From: the human T2T-CHM13v2.0 reference genome, Homo sapiens
Direction: 5' to 3' (one strand)
DNA: 64,000 bases
NCBI RefSeq assembly: GCF_009914755.1
Contig: NC_060945.1
Positions within the stretch are counted from its first letter, which is position 1, and each line of letters opens with the position of its first letter. Below the pieces are notes generated by a model that made no database searches, was not told the origin of the DNA, and saw only the letters and a program-made list of their open reading frames with translations. The position numbers were made by a program, and so were the translations under genes. Shown in pieces: positions 54,401 to 64,000 of the stretch.

Positions 54401-57400
54401 AATAAATTCCATTCGAGACCATTCCTTTGGAATCCATTCTATTTGAGTCCATTCCATACGAGTCCATTATATTTGGGTCCATTCCATTCCATTCCCTTCC
54501 ATTCCTTTCCATTCTATTCTGTTCCATTCGAGTCCATTCCTTTCTAGTCCATACCACTCCATTCCATTCGAGTCCATTCCTTTTGAGTCCATTCCATTCC
54601 AGTCCAATCCATTCGAGTCCATTCCTTTCGAGTCCATTCCATTCCAATCCATTCTATTCGAGTCCATTTTATTCCATTCCATTCCATTTGATATCTTTCC
54701 ATTACAATCCATTCCATTCTATTCCTTTCAATTCTATTCAATTCCATTCCATTCGATTCCATTCCATTCAATTCCGTTCCTTTGGAATCCATTCCATTCG
54801 AGTCCATTCCATTCCATTCCATTCAAAACCTTTCCATTACACACCATTGCATTCTATTCCTTTGTATTTTATTCAATTCCATTCCATTCGATTTGATTCC
54901 ATTTGGTTCCATTCAATTAGATTCCATTCCATTCAAGTCCATTCCCTTCCATTCCGTTCCATTCGATTGCAATCCGTTCGTTTCCATTTTGTTCCAGTCC
55001 ATTCCATTTGAGTCCATTCCATTCCAGTCCATTCCATTACATTCCATTCCATTCGATGCCATGCCATGCGATTCTATTCCATTCGAATACAATCCACTAG
55101 ATTCCATTCCATTCCATTCCATTCCATTCCATTCCATTCCTCTCCATTCATTGCCAATCCATTCAATTCTACTGAATTCGAATCCATTCCATTCCATTGT
55201 GTTCCATCTGATTCCATTCCATCCTACTCCTTTCCAATCCATTCCATTCCATTCGTTTCCATTCAATTTGACTGCATTCCACTCCAGTTCATACCATTCG
55301 AGTCTATTCCATTCCATCCCATTCGAGCCCATTCCATTCCATTCCATTCCATTCCATTCCATTCGATACCTTTCCATTACGCTCCATTCCATTCTCTTCT
55401 TTTCGATTCCATTCAATTCCGTTCCATTCGATTCCATTCATTTCAACTCCATTCCATTCGAGTGCATTCCATTCCATACCATTACATTCCGTTCCGTTCG
55501 ATTCCAATCCATTTCATCCCATTTTGTTCCAGTCCATTCCATTCGAGTCCATTGCATTCCAGTCCATTCCAGTCCATTCCACTCCATTCCATTCTATTAC
55601 ATTGCATTCTATTCCATTCCATTGCATTCCATTCCATTCCATTTGATTACATTCCATTCTATTCCTTTACTTTCAAATCAATTACATTGCAATCCATTAC
55701 TTTCAAGTCAGTCCTATTCCAGTCCATTCCATTCCTGTCCCTTCCATTCGATTCTATTCCATTTGATTCCATTACATACTATTGCATTCCATTTGATTAA
55801 ATTGCATACGAATAAATTCCATTCAAGACCAATCCTTTTGCATCCATTCTATTTGGGTCCATTCCATACGAGTCCATTACATTTGGGTCTATTCCATTCC
55901 ATTCCATTCCATTCGAGTCTATTCCTTTAGAGTCCATTCCATTCCATTCGAGTCCATTCCATTCTATTCTATTCCACTCAATTCCATTCCATTCGATTCC
56001 ATTCCATTTGATTCCATTCCACTCGATTCCACTCTGTTCCATTCCATTGCATTCCATTCCACTCCATTCCATTGCATTCCATTCCACTTCATTCCATTTT
56101 ATTCCATTCCATTCCATTGCATTCCATTCCACTCCATTCCATTTCATTCCATTCCATTCCATTTGCTTACGTTCCATTCGATTCCTTTCCATTCAAATCA
56201 ATTATATTGCAATCCATGACATTCGAGTCCATTCTATTCCAGTCCATATCATTCCAGTCCATTCCATTCGATTCTATTCAATCGATTCCATTCCATACTA
56301 TTGCATTCTATTCAATTCCATTCTATTTGAATAAATTCCATTCGTGACCATTCCTTTCAAGTCCATTCTATTTGAGTCCATTCCATTGGAGTCCATTAAA
56401 TTTGGGTCCATTCCATTCCATTCCATTCCATTCCATTCGATGTCATTCTGTTAGTTTCTATACCATTCGAGTCCATTCCACTCCATTGCATTCCATTCCA
56501 TTCCATTGCATTCCATTCCATTCCATTCCATTCGATGCCATTCTGTTAGTTTCTATACCATTCGAGTCCATTCCACTCAATTGCATTCCATTCCATTCCA
56601 TTCCATTCGATGAAATTCCATTCGACTCTATTCTGTTTGACTCCACTCCATTCAATTCCATTCAATCCGACTCCATTCCATTCTATTCCCTTCTGATCCA
56701 CTCCATTGCATTCCATTCGTTTCAATTCCCTTCGAGTCCATTCAACACCAGTCCATTCCATTCAAATGCATTCCTTTCCAGTCCATTCCATTCGAGTCCA
56801 TTCAATTCCATTCCACTCCATTCCATTTGATATCTTTCCATTACACTCCATTCCATTCTATTCCTTTTGATTCAGTTCATTTCCATTCTATTAGATTCAA
56901 TTCCATTCGATTCCATTCCATTCGACTCCATTCCATTCTTGTCCATTCCATTGCTTTCTGTTCGATTCCAGTCAGTTCGATTCCATTTTGTACCAGTCCA
57001 TTCCATTCGAATCCATTCCATTCCAGTCCATTCCTATCGATACCATTCCATTCGATTCCATTCCATTTGATTCCATTCCACTCGATTACACTCCATTCCA
57101 CTCCATTGTATTCCAATCTATTCCATTCCTTTTCATTCCTTACCATTCCATTTTATTACATTCCATTAGATTGCATTCGTTTCGAATCAATTACATTGCA
57201 GTCCATTACATTCGAGTCCGTTCTATTCCAGTCCATTCCATTCCGGTCCATTCCGTTTGATTCCTTTCCATCCGATTCCATTCCATACTATTGCATTCCA
57301 TTCGATTAGAGTCTATTCAAATAAAGTCTATTCGAGAAAATTCCTTTTAAGTTCATTCTATTTCACTCCATTCCATTTGAGTTCATTACATTTGGAATCT

Positions 57401-60400
57401 TCCATTCCATTCGATACCATTCCATTCCATTCTTTTCCATTTGAGTCCATTCCATTCAGGTCCATTCCATTCCATTCACTTCCATTCCATTCCATTCCAT
57501 GACATTCCATTCGATTCTATTCCTTTCAACTCCATTCCATTCCATTCCGTTCCATCCGATTCCGTTCCATTGTATTCCATTCCAATCCATTCCATTCCAT
57601 TCCATGCCATTCCATTCCATTCCATTCCATTTGATTCCACTCCATTCCATTTTATTGCATTTCATTCTATTCCATTGCCATTCCATTCAATTCTACTCCA
57701 TGTGAGTCCATTCCATTCGAGTCCATTGCATTCCATTCCATTCGATTGCATTCCATATAATTCTGTTCCTTTCGACTCCATTCCAATCCGTTCTCTTCCT
57801 TCTGATTCCATTCCATTCTTTTCCTTTCCATTCCAATCAATTCCGTTCTATTCGTTTCCTTTCCGTTCGAGACCATTTTCCTGCAGAGCATTCCATTCCA
57901 GTCCATTCCATTCGAGTCCATTCCTTTCCATTCCATTCCATTCTATATCTTGCCATTACACTCCCTTCCGTTCCATTCCATTTGATGTCATTCCATTCTA
58001 TTCTATTCCATTTGAGTTCATTCCTTTCGAGTCCATTCCATTCCACTCCGTTTGATGCCACTCCTTTTAACTCCTCTCCATTCGTCTCCATTCCATTCCA
58101 TTTAGTTCCATCCGATTCCATTCCATTCTATTCCTTTCCATTCCATTCTTTTCCCTTCCATTCGAGTCCATTCCACTGCAGTCCATTTCTTTCGAGTCCA
58201 TTCCATTCCATTCTATTCCATTCGTGTCCATTCCATTGCATTCGATATCTTTCCGTTAAACTCCATTAAATTCTATCCTTTCGATTCCATTCAATTCCAT
58301 TCCATTTGATTCCATTCCATTGAATTCCCTTCCATTCGACTGCATTCCATTGGAGGCCAGTGCATTCCATTACACTTGATTCCATTCCGTTCGATTCCAT
58401 TTTTTTCCAGTCCATTCCTTTCAAGTCCATTCCATTCCAGTCTATTCCAATCGATTCCAAGCCTTTCGATTCCATTCCATTCGATTCCATTCCACTCGAT
58501 TTCACTCCATTCCATTCCATTGCATTCCATTCTATACCATTCCTTTGCATTCCATTCCATTCCATTTGATTACGTTCCATTCAATTCCATTCCATTCGAA
58601 TCAATTATATTGTAATGCAAGGTATTCAAGTCTGTTTTATTCCAGTCCATTCCATTACGGTCCATTCCATTCGATTCCATTCCATATTATTGCAATCCAT
58701 TCGATTCCATTCTATTCGAATAAATTCCATTCGAAACCATTCCTTTCGAGTCCATTATATTTGAGTCCATTCTATTTGAGTCCATTACATTTGGGTCCAT
58801 GCCATTCCATTCCATTCCTTTCAATGCCATACAATTCGATTCTATTCCATTCGAGGACATTGCATTCGAGTCCAATTAATTTCAATCCATTCTATTCCAT
58901 TCCATTCCATTCGATGCCATTCCAATTGATTGTATGCCATTCGACTCCATTCCATTGCATTCCATTCCATTCGATGCTGTTCCAATTGATTGTATTCCAT
59001 TCGACTCCAATCCATTCCATTCCATCAGATTCTATTCCATTCTATTCTTTTCTGTTCCATTCCATACCATGCCATTCGTTTCCATTACATTCGAGTCCAT
59101 TCCACTCCAGGCCATTACATTCGAGTCCATTCCATTCCAGTCCATTCCATCCGAGTCCATTCCATTCCATTCCATTCAATATCTTTCCATTAAACTCCAT
59201 TGCATTCTATTCATTTTGATTCCATTCAATTCCATTCCATTCGTTTCCTTTGCTTTTGATTCCATTCCATTTTACTCCATTGCATTCGAGTCCATTCCAT
59301 TCCATTCCATTCCACTCCATTCCACTCCATTCCATTCAGTTCCATTCTATTCCAATCCGTTTGATTCCATTTCTTCCAGTCCATTCCATTCGTGTCCATT
59401 CTATTCCAGTCCATTCGATTCAATTCCATTCCATTTGATTCCATTCCACTCGATTGCACTCTGTTCCATTCCATTGCATTCCATTCCATTCCATTAAATT
59501 GCAAACCGTTCCATTCCATTTGGTTACATTCCATTCGATTCAATTCCATTTGAATCATTTGCTTTGCAATCCATTACATTCGAGTCTGTTCTATTCCAGT
59601 CCATTCCATTCCGGTCCATTCCATTCGATTACATTCCTTTCGATTTCATTACCTACTATTGCATTCCATTCGATTCCATTCTATTTTAATAAATTCAATT
59701 CGAGTCCATTCCTTTCAAGTCCATTCTATTTGAGTCCATTCCAGTCAAGTCCATTACATTTGGGTAAATTCCATTGCATTACATTGCATTCCATTCAAAG
59801 CCATTCCATTTGATTCTATCCCATTCGAGTCCACTCCATTCGAGTCCTTTCCATTCCATTCCATTCCATTCCATTCCATTCCATTCCATTCCATTCAATG
59901 TCATTCTATTCGATTCTATTCCATTCAACTCCATTCCATTCCATTCAGTTCCATCCGATTAAATTTCATTGTATTCCTTTCTATTCCATTCCATTCTATT
60001 CAATTCGTTTCCTTTCCATTCGTGTCCATTCCACTCCAATCCATTCCATTCGAGTCCATTCCATTCCTGGCCATTACATTTGAGTCCATTCCATTCCATT
60101 TGACATCTTTCCATTACACTCCCTTCCATTCCTTTCCATTCGATGCCATTCAATTCTATTCAATTCCATTCGAGTCCATTCCATTTAATTCCGTTCCATT
60201 CAATGCCATTCCATTCGATTTTATTCCATTCGACTCCATTCGATTCCTTTCCATTCCATCCGATTCCTTCCATTCTTTTCCTTTAAATTCCATTCCATTA
60301 ACTCCATTCCATTCGTTTCCATTTCATTCGAGAGCACTCTGCTGTAGTCCATTCCATTCCAGTCCATTCCATTCGAGTACATTCCACTCCAGTCCATTCC

Positions 60401-63400
60401 ATTTGAGTCCATTCCATTCCAGTCCATTCCATTCAAGTTCATTCCATTCCATTCAATTCCATTCCATTTGACATTATTCCATTACTCTCCCTTCCATTCC
60501 ATTCCATTCCATTCCATGCCATGCCATTCCGTTCTATTGTATTCTATTCAAGTGCATTCCATTCAAGTCCATTCCATTCCATTCCATTCCATTCTCTGAT
60601 GCCATTCCATTCGATTCTATTCCGTTTGACTCCATTTCATTTCATTTCATTCCATCTGATTCCATTCCATTCTATTCCTTTCCATTCTATTCCATTCCAT
60701 TCCATTCCTTTCCATTCCTTTCGAGTCCATTCCACTCCAGTTCATTCCATTCGAGTCCACTTCATTCCATTCCATTCCATTCGAATCTATTTCATTCCAG
60801 TCCATTCTATTCGAGTCTATTCCACTCCTTTCCATTCCATTCGATATCTTTCCATTTCACTCCATTCTATTCTTTTCCTTTCGATTCCCTTCAATTCCAT
60901 ACCATTCGGTTCCATTCTATTCGACTCCATTCCATTGACGTCCATTCTTTTCCATTCTATTCCATTCCAATCCATTTGATTCTGATCCGTTCGATTCCAT
61001 TTTGTTCCAGTCCATTCCAATCGAGACCATTGAATTCCAGTCCATTGCATTCGATTCCATTCCATTCCATTCCATTCCACTCCGTTCCATTCCATTTCAT
61101 TCCATTCTATTCCATTCCATTTGTTTACATTCCATTTGATTCCATTCCTTTCGAATCAAATACATTGCAATCCATTACATTCGAGTACTTTCTATTCCAG
61201 TCCATTCCATTCCGGTAGATTCCATTCGATTCCATTCCATACTATTGCTTTCCATTCGATTCCATTCTATTTGAATAAATTCCATTTGAGACCATTCCTT
61301 TCGAGCCCATTCTATTTGAGTCGATTCCATTCGAGTCCATTACATTTGGGTCCATTCCATTCCATTCCATTCCATTCCATTCCATTCCATTCCACTCGAT
61401 ACCATTCCATTCGATTCTATTCCATTCGAGTCCATTGCATTCGATTCTGTTTCATTTCATTCCATTCCATTTCATTCCATTCCATTCGATGCCATTCCAT
61501 TTGATTCTATACCATTCAACACCATTCCATTCCATTCCATCCGATTCCACTCCTTTCTATTCTTTTCCATTCCATTCCATTCGTTTCCATTCCATTCGTT
61601 TCCATTCCATTCGAGTCCATTCCATTCGAGTCCATTCCATTCCAGTCAACTCCATCCGAGTCCTTTCCATTCCATTCCATTCGAAATCTTTACATTAAAC
61701 TCCATTCTCTTCTATTCATTTTGATTCTATTAAATTCCATTCCATTCAATTCCATTCCATTTGACTTTATTCCATTCGAGTCCGTTCAATTCCATTACAT
61801 TCCGTTCCACTCGATTCCAATCCGTTCTTTTCCATTTTGTTCCAGTCCAATCCATTACAGTCCATTCCATTCCAGTCCATTACATTTGATTCCATTCCAT
61901 TTGATTCCATTCAATTCGATCCCATTCCACTCGATTCCACTCTATTCCATTCTATTGCATTGCATTTTATTCCATTCCATTGCATTCCATTCCATTCCAC
62001 TTGGCTACATTCCATTGGATTCCATTCCATTCGAATCAATTACATTGCAATCCGTTCCATTCAAGTCCGTTCTATTCCAGTCCATTCCAGTCCGGTCCAT
62101 TCCATTCGATTCCATTCCATACTATTGCATTCCATTTGATTCCATTCTATTCTAATAAATTCCATTCGAGACCATTCCTTTCGAGTCCTTTCTATTTGAG
62201 GCCATTCCATTCGAGTCCATTACATTTGTGGCCATTCCATTCCATTACATTCAATTCGTTGCCATTGTATTCCATTCTATTCCATTTAAGTCCTTTCCAT
62301 TCGAGTCCATTCCATTCCATTCCATTCGATGACATTCAATTCGATTCTTTTCATTCACTTGGTTCCATTTCATTCCATTCCATCGGATTCCTTTCCATTC
62401 TTCTCCTTTCCATTCCATTCCATTCCATTCCATCGGATTCCATTCCATTCTTTTCCATTCCATTCCATTCCATTGCATTCTATTCCATTTTTTTCCATTC
62501 CATTTGAGTCCATTCCACTCCAATCCATTCCCTTCGCGTCCATTCCATTCCAATCCATTCCATCAAGTGCATTCCATTCCATTCGATATCTTTCAATTAC
62601 AATCCATTCCATTCTATTCCTTTCTATTCCGTTCATTTCCTTTCTATTACATTCCATTCGATTCCATTCCATTCGACTCCACTGAAATCAAGTCCATTCC
62701 ATTCCATTCCGTTCTGTTCGATTCAAATCTGTTCGATTCCATTTTGTTCCAGTCCATTCCATTCGAAGCCATTCCATTCCAGTCCATTCCATTCGATTCC
62801 ATTCCACTTGATTCCACTCCGTTCCATTCCATTGCATTGCATTCCATTCTATTCCATTCCATTGCATTCCATTCCATTCCATTTGATTCCATTACATTCG
62901 ATTCCATTCCATTTGAATCAATTAGATTGCAATCCATTACTTTCTAGTCCATTCTATTCCAGTCCATTCCATTCCATTCCATTCCATTCGATTCCATTCT
63001 ATTCCATACTATTGCATTGCATTCGATTCCATTCTATTCAAATAAATTCCATTTGAGTCCATTCCTTTCGAATCCATTCTTATTGAATCCATTCCATTCA
63101 AGTCCATTACATTTGTGTCCATTCCATTCCACTCCATTCCATTCCATTCAATGCCATTCCATTTGATTCTATTCCATTCAATTCCACTCCATTCGAGTCC
63201 TTTCCATTCCATTCCATTCCACTGGATGCCATTCAGTTCGATTATATTCCATTCGACTCCATTCCATTCCATTCCACTCGATGCCATTCAGTTCGATTAT
63301 ATTCCATTCAATTCCATTCCATTCCATTCTGTTCCATCTGATTCCATTCCATTCTATTTCTTTCCATTCCACTCCATTCTATTCCATTCGTTTCCATTCC

Positions 63401-64000
63401 ATTCGAATCCATTCCACTCCAATCCATTCCATTCGACTCCATTCCATTCCAGGCCATTCCATTCGAGTCCATTCCATTCAAATCCATTCCACTCGAATCC
63501 ATTCCATTCGACTCCATTCCATTCCAGGCCATTCCATTCGAGTCCATTACATTCCATTTGATATCTTTCGATTATGCTCTATTCCATTCTATACCTTTCG
63601 ATTCCATTAAATTCCATTAAATTCAATGCCATTCCATTCGTTTCCATTCCATTTGAATCCATTCCCTTCGAGTCCATTCCATTCCATTCCATTCCATTAA
63701 ATTCCATTACGTTCTATCTCAGTCCTTTTGATTCCATTTTGTTCCAGTCCATTCCACTCGATTCCATTCCATTGCATTCAATTCCTTTCCATTCGATTCC
63801 ATTCCTGTCATTTCCACTCCATTCCATTCCATTGAATTGCATTATATTCCATTCCATTGCATTCCATTACATTCCATTTGATTACATTCCATTCGAATCC
63901 ATTCCATTAGAATAAATTACTTTCCAATCCATTACATTTGAGTCCGTTCTATTCCATTCCATTCCATTCCGTTCCCTTCCATTCGATTTCATTCCTTAAT
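51481..64000 (+). repeat. Classical human satellite III (HSat3) (CATTC)n array with CATTCGAGTC/CATTCGATTC variants; runs off the window end
   Basis: CATTC pentamers with frequent CGAGT/CGATT variants, few CACTC runs and no Alu fragments. Recurrent landmark 'aatcaattacattgcaatccattacattcgagtcc...gaataaattccattcgagacc...acatttgggtcc'. Confidence 0.95.

Noticed and set aside
35803-63915. Very many ORFs of HSIPF/HSTPL or MEWNG/VEWSG type, up to 494 aa
   Set aside because: These are translations of pentamer satellite that lacks stop codons, open in many frames on both strands.

Overview
This is eukaryotic, primate (human or great-ape-like) pericentromeric or acrocentric-type DNA with no supportable protein-coding gene. 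Every ORF in the track is an Alu, L1, low-complexity or satellite translation. Bases 1-35,840 are AT-rich, segmental-duplication-like sequence. They hold Alus (J, S, Y, FLAM), old L1M and L2 fragments, MaLR/ERVL/ERV1 solo LTRs and MER20/MER30/Tigger2 elements, several with intact TSDs. They also hold a 1.1 kb (CATTT)n block, a GC-rich ~22-bp 'CAAAAAG' tandem repeat next to a CpG island, and a 0.7 kb polypyrimidine tract. Splice signals suggest a minus-strand spliced non-coding transcript running from the CpG island towards the (CATTT)n block. From ~35,841 to the end the window is satellite, in two layers. The first (35.8-51.5 kb) is a composite CACTC/CATTC satellite carrying 22 copies of one ~64-bp antisense Alu 3'-end fragment, arranged in nested higher-order repeats of ~0.55, ~2.06 and ~7.4 kb. 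The second (51.5-64 kb) is classical CpG-containing HSat3 (CATTC)n with a degenerate ~0.9 kb landmark period. Repeat subfamily names come from recalled consensus sequences, not database searches, and boundaries without TSDs are approximate.
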